From a virus (lineage: Duplodnaviria > Caudoviricetes): a DNA stretch of 31,975 bases. The stretch is from positions 1 through 31,975 of IMG/VR virus record IMGVR_UViG_3300016484_000087, one strand, 5' to 3'. The position numbers were made by a program, and so were the translations under genes. The notes below the pieces were generated by a model. The model was not told where the DNA came from, made no database searches, and saw only the letters and a list, made by a program, of their open reading frames with translations. Shown here piece after piece: positions 1-8,599 of this stretch (position 1 is its first letter; every line of letters begins with the position of its first letter).

Positions 1-13
1 AATTAAAAAGGAA

Positions 14-466
14 ATGAAAAAAGAAAACAAACAACGTCTTGACGCCTTGAAGATGGCGAATGACAAGGAAAGACATCCTTCATTCCCTGAAGCTTACTTC
101 GTGAAGAAAAAATGGGACGACAAGACCGCAAATGGATTGACGAAGGCAATCACTTCATTCATCCAGTTCAATGGCTACCAAGCGGAACGAATCAATACAA
201 TGGGGGTGGCAAGGGAAAAGAAACGAACCGACGGCAAAGTCATTGGTGTGACATGGACGAAGGGAACAACAACGGCTGGTTCAGCTGACATTTCAGCGAC
301 TATTCGTGGACGTTCAGTCAAGATTGAAGTCAAGGTCGGAAAAGACCGTCAAAGCGAAGCACAAAAAAGATACCAGGAATCAATTGAACGCGCTGGTGGC
401 GTGTACTTGATTGCGCGTGACTTCGATTCGTTTGTTGAATGGTTCGACAAATACGTTCAGGAATGA
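14..466 (+). CDS. VRR-NUC-like PD-(D/E)XK nuclease / Holliday junction resolvase-like
   Basis: GSADISATIRGRSVKIEVKVGKDRQSEAQKRYQESIERAGGVYLIAR matches the VRR-NUC pattern (G..D...IEVK....QS..Q......G..Y). Confidence 0.75.
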   Translation: MKKENKQRLDALKMANDKERHPSFPEAYFVKKKWDDKTANGLTKAITSFIQFNGYQAERINTMGVAREKKRTDGKVIGVTWTKGTTTAGSADISATIRGRSVKIEVKVGKDRQSEAQKRYQESIERAGGVYLIARDFDSFVEWFDKYVQE

Positions 467-942
467 TTGAAATCAACATAACACCTGAACAAATCAAGCG
501 CGCCGAAATGCTTTACAACTTCAAAGAATTGAACAATTCCATTCGTAAAGGTGAAGGGAATTTAATCGGTGCGCTTGGTGAAATCGTCGTGTTCGATTAC
601 TACCAGAACAAAGGATGTAACGTTGAACATTGTCAACATCATGATTTCGATTTAATGATTGAAGGTTACACGGTTGAAATAAAGACGCAAGAAACGAAAT
701 CAAAACCGCTTGATTGGTTTACTTGTCACGTTTCAAACTTTAACGCAACGCAAGATTGTGAATTTTATTGCTTTCCATTTATCAACGAATCAATGTCAAC
801 GGCTTGGTTGGCTGGAATGATTACACAAACTGGATTCAAGCAATGCGCCGTGTTCAAAAAAGAAGGTGAAATCGGATTCAAGAAACCTTTCAAATGTGAC
901 ACATGGACAATTCGAATCGATGAATTGACAAAAATTGTTTAA
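463..942 (+). CDS. PD-(D/E)XK restriction-endonuclease-like protein
   Basis: GALGE...HDFDLMIEGYTVEIKT gives an E..D..ExK arrangement. Start placed at ATG 463 (ATGA overlap with the upstream stop). Confidence 0.55.
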   Translation: MIEINITPEQIKRAEMLYNFKELNNSIRKGEGNLIGALGEIVVFDYYQNKGCNVEHCQHHDFDLMIEGYTVEIKTQETKSKPLDWFTCHVSNFNATQDCEFYCFPFINESMSTAWLAGMITQTGFKQCAVFKKEGEIGFKKPFKCDTWTIRIDELTKIV

Positions 943-948
943 CTTTTG

Positions 949-978
949 TTGCATGAATAAAAACTTTGTTTATCTTTG
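949..978 (+). promoter_or_regulatory. Bacteroidota-type housekeeping promoter (-33/-7)
   Basis: TTG (949-951), a 19-nt spacer and TATCTTTG (971-978) match TTG-N19-TAnnTTTG upstream of the ERF gene. Confidence 0.7.
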
Positions 979-1000
979 GTGAAATTTAATACTTATAATT

Positions 1001-1540
1001 ATGGCGACAACAAGAAAAACGACCGACACGGTCACACCTGAAGCACCGAAAGGATTGTTTCACAAGCTTCATTCAGCGAAGCAACACATCGGAAAGGTAG
1101 CGAAGAACGCAACGAATCCACATTTTAAGAAAACATACGCGGACATCAACGCGTTGCTTGAAACGGTTGAACCGATTCTTTTATCTTATGGGTTGATATT
1201 GCTTCAACCAGTCAAGTCAAGCACCGTGTTCACAATAATAACGGACATTGATTCAGGTGATTCGGTCGAATCATTCATGGAAATTCCGATGAACATTGTT
1301 GATCCGCAAAAAATGCTTGCGTGTGTGACGTATCTTCGACGCGGAACGCTTCAATCATTGTTGTCGCTTCAGGCAATCGACGACGACGGGAACGAGGCAA
1401 GCAAACCGTGTACAAAACCGACCATTGACGAAGAACGATTCAAGAACGCTTTGAAAGCAATCGCGGACGGAAAGTTCACCGTTTCGAAATTGAAAGCAAC
1501 TTATTCGTTGACACCTGAACAAATCAATCAACTCAAATGA
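1001..1540 (+). CDS. ERF-family single-strand annealing protein
   Basis: KNATNPHFKKTYADINALLETVEPIL...TYLRRGTLQSLLSLQAIDDDGN resembles the ERF signature (TY.RRY.L.......DDDG). Confidence 0.8.
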   Translation: MATTRKTTDTVTPEAPKGLFHKLHSAKQHIGKVAKNATNPHFKKTYADINALLETVEPILLSYGLILLQPVKSSTVFTIITDIDSGDSVESFMEIPMNIVDPQKMLACVTYLRRGTLQSLLSLQAIDDDGNEASKPCTKPTIDEERFKNALKAIADGKFTVSKLKATYSLTPEQINQLK

Positions 1541-1740
1541 AAGAAATGACCGCTGAACAACGCGCAAGGTATTTGTTTGACTTGTTTGAATTCATCGAAT
1601 ACGATTCAAAGGTGAAGACATTCATGACACGCAAATCATGCGCGTTGATTCTGGTTCAAGAATTAATGAAGGACGTTGACATCAAATCGCGTGACTTCAT
1701 TTATTGGTCGAATGTTAAACTTAATTTATTAGAACTATGA
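1537..1740 (+). CDS. Hypothetical protein
   Basis: 67-aa ORF with ATGA overlaps at both ends. Confidence 0.65.
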   Translation: MKEMTAEQRARYLFDLFEFIEYDSKVKTFMTRKSCALILVQELMKDVDIKSRDFIYWSNVKLNLLEL

Positions 1741-2357
1741 AATGGCGCGCTTCACAAATCGGTAAACTCATGACAACGTCACGGTCGAAAACGGACGTCT
1801 TGTCGCAAACGGCGAAAAGCTACATTGAACAACTTGCGAAAGAAGATTTCTTCGGTTACACTTCACCGCTGGTGAATAGGTATCTTGACAAAGGAATCAA
1901 TCAAGAACTTGAATCAATCAATCTTTTGAATTCAGTTCGCTTTGAGAATTACGAAAAGAACACACAACGGATTGAAAACGATTTCATCACTGGTGAATGT
2001 GATATCCTGACAAACGATTCAATCATTGATATCAAGACAAGCTGGTCACTTGACACGTTCCCTGAATTGCCTGAAGACATCGACGCGAAGGATTACGAAT
2101 GGCAAGGTCGTGCCTACATGCTTTTATTCAACCGCTTTGAATTTGAACTGGTGTTTTGCATGGTGTCAACGTGGGACGAATTCTTGACGCAATACGATGA
2201 CAAAGCGCTTCACAAGGTTGATCACATTGATCCACGAAAGCGAATCACGTCAATCACATTTGAACGCGACCTTGAACTTGAACGGCAAATGATTGAACGT
2301 TGCCAGCTGGCGACCGAATACTATGTTGAACGAATCCAAAAACTGAACGCGAAATGA
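1737..2357 (+). CDS. YqaJ/lambda-exonuclease-like recombination exonuclease
   Basis: RASQIGKLM, KGINQE, TGECD...IIDIK and YEWQGRAYM motifs, close to the ERF gene. Confidence 0.8.
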   Translation: MKWRASQIGKLMTTSRSKTDVLSQTAKSYIEQLAKEDFFGYTSPLVNRYLDKGINQELESINLLNSVRFENYEKNTQRIENDFITGECDILTNDSIIDIKTSWSLDTFPELPEDIDAKDYEWQGRAYMLLFNRFEFELVFCMVSTWDEFLTQYDDKALHKVDHIDPRKRITSITFERDLELERQMIERCQLATEYYVERIQKLNAK

Positions 2358-2569
2358 ACATAACACACGACCAAGAACCGATTCAACATGAAGATTCAAT
2401 CTTGATTTCAGTCATGTCGAAATATCACGAACGTTCGAAACGTGGTGTTTCGAAATACGGGAAAACGCTTGACCGAACCGACGTCGATTTGATTGGCTGG
2501 TTGAATCACCTTCAAGAAGAATTAATGGACGCAACACTTTACATTGAAAAACTAAAAAAAGGACTATGA
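2354..2569 (+). CDS. Conserved phage protein, possibly all-alpha NTP-pyrophosphatase (MazG-like) fold
   Basis: RGVSKYGKTLDR...WLNHLQEELMDATLY carries an EExxD motif. Confidence 0.45.
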   Translation: MNITHDQEPIQHEDSILISVMSKYHERSKRGVSKYGKTLDRTDVDLIGWLNHLQEELMDATLYIEKLKKGL

Positions 2570-2772
2570 AACAAACCGCTGTATCTTACCTTATTGAAAA
2601 GCTTGAATTGAAAGTCATGGCGCAACACATTCCGTGGGTTGACCAGACACTTAAAGACGCGCTTGAAATGGAACGCAATCAAATCGCTGAATCTTTCGAC
2701 CACGTCGATTTTAAACTTGACAATGGATTCCATTACTATGAACAAACCTTCGAAGATGAAAGCAACTCTTGA
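2566..2772 (+). CDS. Hypothetical protein
   Basis: 68-aa ORF with an ATGA overlap. Confidence 0.6.
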   Translation: MKQTAVSYLIEKLELKVMAQHIPWVDQTLKDALEMERNQIAESFDHVDFKLDNGFHYYEQTFEDESNS

Positions 2773-2977
2773 ATTCAACTTGCCTGAAGACGACGCCGAA
2801 TTTTATTGCGCGACGAAAGGAACGGACATGCTGAACGCGTTGTTTGAAATTGAAATCGAACTTCGCAAGCTGTACAAATACGAAGAACTGAACGAAGACG
2901 AATGGAACATGGTTGAAAAGATTCGTGCTTCATTTTATGAAATTCTTGACCGAAACGATATAAATTTAAATAAATAA
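2756..2977 (+). CDS. Hypothetical protein (MKATLEFNLPED...)
   Basis: In-frame ATG 2756 of the 2639..2977 ORF avoids a long overlap with the previous gene. Confidence 0.6.
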   Translation: MKATLEFNLPEDDAEFYCATKGTDMLNALFEIEIELRKLYKYEELNEDEWNMVEKIRASFYEILDRNDINLNK

Positions 2978-2979
2978 AC

Positions 2980-3321
2980 ATGAACAAAGAAAAAGGAACG
3001 GTGATCCAAGTGACGCCATTACAAACCATTTCGGACAAATTCCGAAAACAAGATTTCACAATCAAAACGTTTGATGAAAAATTTCCACAATTCTTGACCT
3101 TTCAAGTGGTCAATGACAAATGTGACCTTGTGCGCAACCTGAACACCGGGGACGTGGTCGAAGTAAATTACAATCTTCGTGGTCGTGAATGGACTTCACC
3201 TGAAGGCGTGACGAAGTATTTCAACACCGTCGAAGCGTGGTCAATTAATCTTTCAAGCGAACCAGTACAAACAACACCAGCACAAGCGCCGAATGAAGAC
3301 GATGACGATTTACCTTTCTAA
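2980..3321 (+). CDS. DUF3127-like single-stranded DNA-binding protein (OB fold)
   Basis: FRKQDFTI...PQFLTFQ...GDVVEVNYNLRGREW...YFNTVEAW with an acidic C-terminal DDDDLPF tail. Confidence 0.8.
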   Translation: MNKEKGTVIQVTPLQTISDKFRKQDFTIKTFDEKFPQFLTFQVVNDKCDLVRNLNTGDVVEVNYNLRGREWTSPEGVTKYFNTVEAWSINLSSEPVQTTPAQAPNEDDDDLPF

Positions 3322-3502
3322 CGATACGAACGTCGTTGAATGGATGAGATTGATGACAACCAGTCGTTTGAATAAACGTTACAAGATGACACACCTTGCC
3401 GAAGACATGAAGGTAAAATACTCAATGTTGTATCGATTCATGAACGGGAAACCAGTCGGTCAGGAATTTTTTATCGCTTGGTTCAATTTTTTTGTAAATT
3501 AG
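3293..3502 (+). CDS. Small HTH (XRE-like) DNA-binding protein
   Basis: MTHLAEDMKVKYSMLYRFMNGK is HTH-like. Confidence 0.5.
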   Translation: MKTMTIYLSNDTNVVEWMRLMTTSRLNKRYKMTHLAEDMKVKYSMLYRFMNGKPVGQEFFIAWFNFFVN

Positions 3503-3505
3503 CAA

Positions 3506-3979
3506 ATGGAATTCTGGAAAGATGAAGCTTATCAAATTGCTCGGAAAATCACTTCGAATCACAATCTTCATGCGGATTTGGTTCATCACGTTTTTATTCT
3601 CATGCACCGCTTTGACTTTCATCTTTCCGACGTTCCAGCTGTTTTCGCTCGCTTCGCGTTCAATCAATGGACGTGGAAAAGGTCGGAATTCTGGCGAACA
3701 TACAAAAGCGACGGCGACGAAATCAACGACGTAATTGATTCACACGAATCACCTTCGAATAACGAATTCAGCGAAATCCTTGACGCTTACTTACATTCGA
3801 ACGACGGCGATTCATTTATCAAGGAAATAACAAAAATGCACCTTTGCGGAATGACATTCAGGGAAATCAAAGAATTGACTGGAATATCACTGGACACTAT
3901 CCACAAAGCAATAAAACAATTCAAAAATGATTTACACGATTATAGCTGTGGCGATTGCACGGGCGTTGATGTCCTTTGA
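3506..3979 (+). CDS. Phage sigma-70/ECF-like factor (candidate late transcription factor)
   Basis: N-terminal AYQIARKI...ADLVHHVFI (region-2-like) and C-terminal GMTFREIKELTGISLDTIHKAI (region-4 HTH). Confidence 0.6.
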   Translation: MEFWKDEAYQIARKITSNHNLHADLVHHVFILMHRFDFHLSDVPAVFARFAFNQWTWKRSEFWRTYKSDGDEINDVIDSHESPSNNEFSEILDAYLHSNDGDSFIKEITKMHLCGMTFREIKELTGISLDTIHKAIKQFKNDLHDYSCGDCTGVDVL

Positions 3980-4130
3980 TTTGCCGAACACGAAACCATT
4001 CAATTGTCAGTCATGCTTGTCGTTCTGGACGGCGCTGGCGATTTATCTTTTCACTGATTGGTCAATGATTCCATTTGCGTTCGTTGCCTATCTTATTTCC
4101 GATTTAATCTTGATTTATGAATATAAGTAA
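3927..4130 (+). CDS. Small membrane protein with CxxC
   Basis: Hydrophobic segments and KPFNCQSCLSFW. Confidence 0.6.
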   Translation: MIYTIIAVAIARALMSFDLPNTKPFNCQSCLSFWTALAIYLFTDWSMIPFAFVAYLISDLILIYEYK

Positions 4131-4500
4131 CGGACTTCGAATCCAGCTTGAAAACTTCGGACGACACCGATACGCGAATCTGGACGACACATTGAAAGAA
4201 GAACTTGCGATTCATTACAAAGCGCTCGGATTCGGAAAGCTGAACAAAGCTTGCGCGACGTGCGTTCGAATTGCAATGGACAAGCTGAACGAAAATAAAG
4301 ACAAGATTCGTCACGCGGTTCGTCAGGAAAACAACGAACCACACATGAAGGAACAACCGCCGAAGCTTCACTTCGTTGGCACGAAACAAAAGACGTTCGG
4401 CGAACTTCGACGTGAAGCGCTTGAACTTGGATTCAAGGGAACAAGAAAGACAACACGACAAGACATTGAAGAATGGTTGAAATCCACGAAACAGCTGTAA
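4117..4500 (+). CDS. Hypothetical protein (CxxC)
   Basis: 127-aa ORF with KACATC, overlapping its neighbours in an operon-like manner. Confidence 0.6.
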   Translation: MNISNGLRIQLENFGRHRYANLDDTLKEELAIHYKALGFGKLNKACATCVRIAMDKLNENKDKIRHAVRQENNEPHMKEQPPKLHFVGTKQKTFGELRREALELGFKGTRKTTRQDIEEWLKSTKQL

Positions 4501-4955
4501 TTTATCCAGGCGTCACGATTGGTCACAACGTCACAATCGGTGCGTTTTGTATTATTGGCGCGCCAGCGGAATCCAAACGACACGAAGGTCAAAACGGTTT
4601 CGGTGTGGTCATCGGAAACAACGTCACGATCCACGGTCACGCAACAATCGACGCTGGATGTGAACGACCGACAATCATTGACGACGGCGCGTATATCATG
4701 AAGACGGTTCACATCGGACACGACGCAATCATTCACAAGGACGTCACGATTTCACCGCACGCGGTCATCGGTGGGTTCGTTGAAATCCACGAACAAACGA
4801 ACATCGGAATGAACGCAACGATTCACCAGCGCGTCACGATTCCTTCAAAGTGTATGGTCGGAATGTCCGCGGTTATCACGAAGAAAACACCGCTTGAACC
4901 GAACACCGTCCTTGTCGGGAATCCAGCACGAATAACACGAAGCAATAACAAATGA
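4473..4955 (+). CDS. Hexapeptide-repeat (left-handed beta-helix) acyl/acetyltransferase, LpxA-like
   Basis: Repeated [IV]GxNVTI hexapeptides, HIGHDAII and a C-terminal GNPAR. Confidence 0.85.
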   Translation: MVEIHETAVIYPGVTIGHNVTIGAFCIIGAPAESKRHEGQNGFGVVIGNNVTIHGHATIDAGCERPTIIDDGAYIMKTVHIGHDAIIHKDVTISPHAVIGGFVEIHEQTNIGMNATIHQRVTIPSKCMVGMSAVITKKTPLEPNTVLVGNPARITRSNNK

Positions 4956-5587
4956 AAATAATCACCGTCACCGCCATGCATGGACGACACGACACGGTCG
5001 CCGAATGTATTGAACGCATGCCGTTCATTGACAAGGTCTATATTTATTCAAACGACGAAGACGGCACGTTTCTTGAAGGTCAAGACATTTATGCCATGGC
5101 GCAATATCGAAACAATCCGCTTTCATATAAATGGAACATGGCGATTCGAACGCTTGAACAAATCGAATTCGACGCGGTCGTCTTGTTAGGTTCGGACGAT
5201 TACATTGACGAAGCGTTCCTGAAGTACGTTGAACGAACGATTCCTGACTTCGACATGATTGGCTTCAAAGACATTTATTTCCAGCACGACGGCGCGCTTC
5301 ATTATTGGTCTGGCTACAACAACAACCGACGCGGTGAACCGTGTGGTGCTGGCAAAGTTTATTCACGTCGATTCTTGGAATGTATCAAATGGAATCTTTT
5401 CGACGTGGCGCGTGATCGTGGACTTGACAAGATTTCGTGGCAACGTGTACTTCAGGCGAAAGCAAATGTTCATGTGACATCGCTGAAGGAAAACGGTCTT
5501 TTGTTGGTTGATATTAAAGACGGCGAAGGAATGACACCTTTCAATAAATTCAAAGGACTGGAACGCGTTTCGAACAAGAAACCATAA
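4952..5587 (+). CDS. GT-A fold (family 2-like) glycosyltransferase
   Basis: IITVTAMHGRHD start, PLSYKWN, VVLLGSDDYI (DxD-like) and GAGKVYSR. Confidence 0.7.
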   Translation: MKIITVTAMHGRHDTVAECIERMPFIDKVYIYSNDEDGTFLEGQDIYAMAQYRNNPLSYKWNMAIRTLEQIEFDAVVLLGSDDYIDEAFLKYVERTIPDFDMIGFKDIYFQHDGALHYWSGYNNNRRGEPCGAGKVYSRRFLECIKWNLFDVARDRGLDKISWQRVLQAKANVHVTSLKENGLLLVDIKDGEGMTPFNKFKGLERVSNKKP

Positions 5588-5590
5588 TAA
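5571..5590 (+). promoter_or_regulatory. Candidate phage late-promoter motif, copy 1
   Basis: CGAACAAGAAACCATAATAA, starting 36 nt before ATG 5607. Near-identical copies at 8551, 16667 and 17603. Confidence 0.55.
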
Positions 5591-5606
5591 TTAGCAATAC
5601 TATATC

Positions 5607-5792
5607 ATGGAAGTTATATTCAAAGAAATCGGAATAAGAGAACAAAATTTCATCGTCGACGCAATGAAGCGCGGTGAATCATTTATTTTCATCGTTGGTA
5701 ATTCAACGAAGGAATTGAATTCATTCATGAAGTTCATGAACCGCTTGAAGAAGTCAAATGTTGAAATGAACATTCGAATGTCAATAAAGTAA
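5607..5792 (+). CDS. Hypothetical protein
   Basis: 61-aa ORF filling the gap after an AT-rich leader. Confidence 0.5.
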   Translation: MEVIFKEIGIREQNFIVDAMKRGESFIFIVGNSTKELNSFMKFMNRLKKSNVEMNIRMSIK

Positions 5793-5795
5793 ACC

Positions 5796-6203
5796 ATGCC
5801 TATACCAACACCAACACAAAACGAACCTGAAGACGATTTCATTCAACGTTGCATGTCCGACGAAAAGATGAAAAGCGAATATCCAGACGAAGCACAACGA
5901 TACGCCGTGTGTATAACGCAATTCGCACCTGAACGCGTTTCATTCGATTGGGACGGAACTGGATCAACGGCGAAAGGAAAAGAATTGATTCAATCGTTCA
6001 TCGACAAAGGCGCGAAGGTTTATATCATTACCGCAAGGTCAAGCGCTTCAGGAATCAAATTCGAAGGCGTTGAAATCATTGCGACGGGTTCAAACAAAGC
6101 AAAGATTGAAAAGATAAAAGAACTAAACATTTCGATTCATTACGACAACAATCCGAATGTGATTGATGAACTTGGTTCAATCGGACGGTTGTTCACTAAT
6201 TAG
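5796..6203 (+). CDS. Small phage N-terminal domain fused to a HAD-like domain
   Basis: MPIPTP...FIQRCMSD...YPDEAQRYAVC followed by SFDWDGT (HAD motif I), IITAR (II), K (III) and HYDNN (IV-like). Confidence 0.6.
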   Translation: MPIPTPTQNEPEDDFIQRCMSDEKMKSEYPDEAQRYAVCITQFAPERVSFDWDGTGSTAKGKELIQSFIDKGAKVYIITARSSASGIKFEGVEIIATGSNKAKIEKIKELNISIHYDNNPNVIDELGSIGRLFTN

Positions 6204-6209
6204 ATTACA

Positions 6210-6617
6210 ATGGCAAACAAACACCGCAATATCGACAAGGATGAATTGCTTCAAATGGCTTATAATTATTGCGACTATTGTATTGAGTCAACGAAGGAAA
6301 TCGCGACGAATTCAGGAGTGAAGCAAGTCAGGGAACGACACATTCCTACCGTGTCTTATTTCCTTCTTCATTGGCTTCGTCGCAACCACTTTGACTTTTA
6401 TTCCCGAACGAACTGGTACGACGCAATGAAGGACGAAACACATCCATTGTCGAACACTATAAAAACAATCGACAACGACTTCAACGCTTTGGCGCGTGAT
6501 ATCGTTGCCAACGAAGGCAAGGGAATCTTCTACGCAAAGAATAAGCTTGGCATGCACGACCGTCAACAAGTGGAAACAAGAAACGTGGAACGCTTCGATT
6601 TCGATGTCAACGATTAA
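6210..6617 (+). CDS. Terminase small subunit
   Basis: Immediately upstream of and overlapping terL. PTVSYF...GIFYAKNKLGMHDRQQVE resembles DNA-packaging small subunits. Confidence 0.65.
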   Translation: MANKHRNIDKDELLQMAYNYCDYCIESTKEIATNSGVKQVRERHIPTVSYFLLHWLRRNHFDFYSRTNWYDAMKDETHPLSNTIKTIDNDFNALARDIVANEGKGIFYAKNKLGMHDRQQVETRNVERFDFDVND

Positions 6618-7806
6618 AGGGTATCGACCGCACAAACACCAGCTTGAAATTCATCAAGCAATCAACCAAGGCAAAGAAAAGTATTTCGCTTTGAACATTG
6701 GTCGCCAGTTCGGAAAGACCATGCTTGGAATCAACCAACTACTTTGGTGGGCAATCAACGACCGCGGTTGCACGATTGCTTGGGTTACACCAGTGTACAA
6801 ACAAGGAAAGAAGGTCTTCGCTGAACTTGAACGCGCCGTGGCGAAATCTGGATTGTTTGAATTCAACAAATCCGATTTGAGAATCACGGGGTTCGGTTCG
6901 TCCATTGAATTCTTTTCAGGCGAACGACCTGACAACATTCGTGGAAATACATTCGATTACATGGTCGTGGATGAATTCGCGTTCACACGTCCTGAATTGT
7001 GGGACGAAGTGTTGTCGGCGACGGTGCTGGTTAAAGGAAAGAAGGTCATCTTCATTTCAACACCGAAGGGAAAGAATCACTTTCATCGTGTGTGCTTACA
7101 ACAAAATTACGACGACCGTTATCGGTATTTCCATTTCACGTCGTTCGACAATCCTATGATTGATCCGAAGGAACTTGAAGAACGAAAGCGGTCATTGCCT
7201 GACCATGTGTTCCGTCAAGAATACCTTGCGGAATTCCTTGACAACGCTGGTGGTTTGTTCAAGGGTGTGTCGTCGTGTATCGGTCAAGGTGAACGCACGT
7301 CACGAATGTACGGCGGTCTTGACATCGGACGCGCTGACGACTACACGGTGTTGACTATCCTGAACGAACACGGTCACATGGTTCACGTTGAAAGGTGGCG
7401 ACACGACGACTGGTCACGAATCATTGACAAGGTCGCTGGATTGATTCGCCAGTTCAACGCAATCACTACTGTCGAAGTCAACAACCAAGGTGACGTCTTC
7501 TTCGAAATGCTTCACAACACGTTGCGCAACAAGGTCGTTCCATTCGTCACCACGTCGAAGTCAAAGCCAGTGTTGATTGAAGACCTTGCGTTGTCGTTCG
7601 AACAACAAGCGATTCGTGTGAACGATGTCAAATGGTTGCTTGACGAATTGGATTCATTTACCTATATTTACAATCCGAAAACAAGGGGGGTTCAATATAG
7701 CGCACCGACTGGACTACACGACGACGGTGTCATGTCATTGGCGCTTGCGTGGAATTCCTTGAAGAACAACAAGTCAAAAGGGAAATACAATACATTGAGA
7801 ATATGA
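6604..7806 (+). CDS. terL: Terminase large subunit
   Basis: Walker A GRQFGKT, Walker B MVVDEFAF, ISTPKG, and nuclease motifs GLDIG and HDDGVMSLALA. Start placed at ATG 6604. Confidence 0.95.
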   Translation: MSTIKGYRPHKHQLEIHQAINQGKEKYFALNIGRQFGKTMLGINQLLWWAINDRGCTIAWVTPVYKQGKKVFAELERAVAKSGLFEFNKSDLRITGFGSSIEFFSGERPDNIRGNTFDYMVVDEFAFTRPELWDEVLSATVLVKGKKVIFISTPKGKNHFHRVCLQQNYDDRYRYFHFTSFDNPMIDPKELEERKRSLPDHVFRQEYLAEFLDNAGGLFKGVSSCIGQGERTSRMYGGLDIGRADDYTVLTILNEHGHMVHVERWRHDDWSRIIDKVAGLIRQFNAITTVEVNNQGDVFFEMLHNTLRNKVVPFVTTSKSKPVLIEDLALSFEQQAIRVNDVKWLLDELDSFTYIYNPKTRGVQYSAPTGLHDDGVMSLALAWNSLKNNKSKGKYNTLRI

Positions 7807-8513
7807 AAATAAAACTACCAGCGTCCATTCACGAATGTAAACCTGACCAACTTGTCAAGTGGTTGATGTTAGCCGAAGTCATCAAGGGAAATGAAGGTGA
7901 CGACGTGATTCAATTGCTTGACTTTCAATGTCAGCTTATCGCAATCTTTTCAGGACTGAAGGTGTCAAAGGTCAAACAACTTGCAATCGAAGACGTTCAA
8001 CGAATGGCAAAACATTTGATTGATATATTCAAGCGATACGAATATAACGAACCGCGTGGTGAAGTCACGGTCAACGGTCAACGCTATTTGTTTGAAAAAG
8101 ATTTCCGTTTGATAAGCACGGGACAAATCATTGACTTGAAGCTTATCGAAGACGTTGCCAGTGATCCAGTTCAAGCACTTGCGATTTGCTACATTGAAGA
8201 AGGAATGGAATACTGCCAAGAAGATTCGCGCGGTCGCGTGTTGAATCCGAACGATAAAAGATATAAGGCGTTCAAAGAAGAATTTGACGGTGAAGAATTC
8301 TTGAACTTCTTCGGTTTTTTTTTGCGCGAATCAGTGAAGCGGAATCACGCTATATTAGCGATCCAGACGTTGCGGACGATGACGATGACGAAGACGATAA
8401 ACGAAAACCTGAAGACACGGACAACGAATGGTTCACATGGACAAAAATCCTTCACCGACTCTCAAATGAATTTCGAAGACCGATTGATGAAATCACTCAA
8501 CAACCTTATGTGA
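7803..8513 (+). CDS. Putative tail assembly chaperone (gpG-like), zero-frame product
   Basis: ATGA overlap with terL. Contains GGT TTT TTT TTG (T9 run 8315-8323) followed by an open -1 frame. Confidence 0.6.
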   Translation: MKIKLPASIHECKPDQLVKWLMLAEVIKGNEGDDVIQLLDFQCQLIAIFSGLKVSKVKQLAIEDVQRMAKHLIDIFKRYEYNEPRGEVTVNGQRYLFEKDFRLISTGQIIDLKLIEDVASDPVQALAICYIEEGMEYCQEDSRGRVLNPNDKRYKAFKEEFDGEEFLNFFGFFLRESVKRNHAILAIQTLRTMTMTKTINENLKTRTTNGSHGQKSFTDSQMNFEDRLMKSLNNLM

Positions 8514-8599
8514 AGACATTGTTCTGGATGAACTACCTTAAATTGAAAGACGAACAAGATTACATAATAAGGAAACAACAATCTTCACGACATGGCTGA
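8321..8599 (+). CDS. -1 frame extension of the chaperone (gpT-like; not in the ORF track)
   Basis: Hand translation: FARISEAESRYISDPDVADDDDDEDDKRKPEDTDNEWFTWTKILHRLSNEFRRPIDEITQQPYVKTLFWMNYLKLKDEQDYIIRKQQSSRHG*. The stop overlaps the start of the next gene. Confidence 0.7.
   Translation, partial: FARISEAESRYISDPDVADDDDDEDDKRKPEDTDNEWFTWTKILHRLSNEFRRPIDEITQQPYVKTLFWMNYLKLKDEQDYIIRKQQSSRHG
8551..8570 (+). promoter_or_regulatory. Candidate phage late-promoter motif, copy 2
   Basis: CGAACAAGATTACATAATAA, starting 41 nt before ATG 8592. Confidence 0.55.

Noticed and set aside
439-942. Restriction-modification or defence system around the PD-(D/E)XK gene
   Set aside because: No methyltransferase or partner gene is visible, and lone nucleases of this kind are common in phage replication regions.
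6496-6603. Upstream extensions given by the ORF track (6496, 7749, 16609, 20326, 2639, 24102, 25355, 28011, 28362)
   Set aside because: Each overlaps a neighbouring gene extensively, and a downstream ATG with a short stop/start overlap or AT-rich leader fits better.
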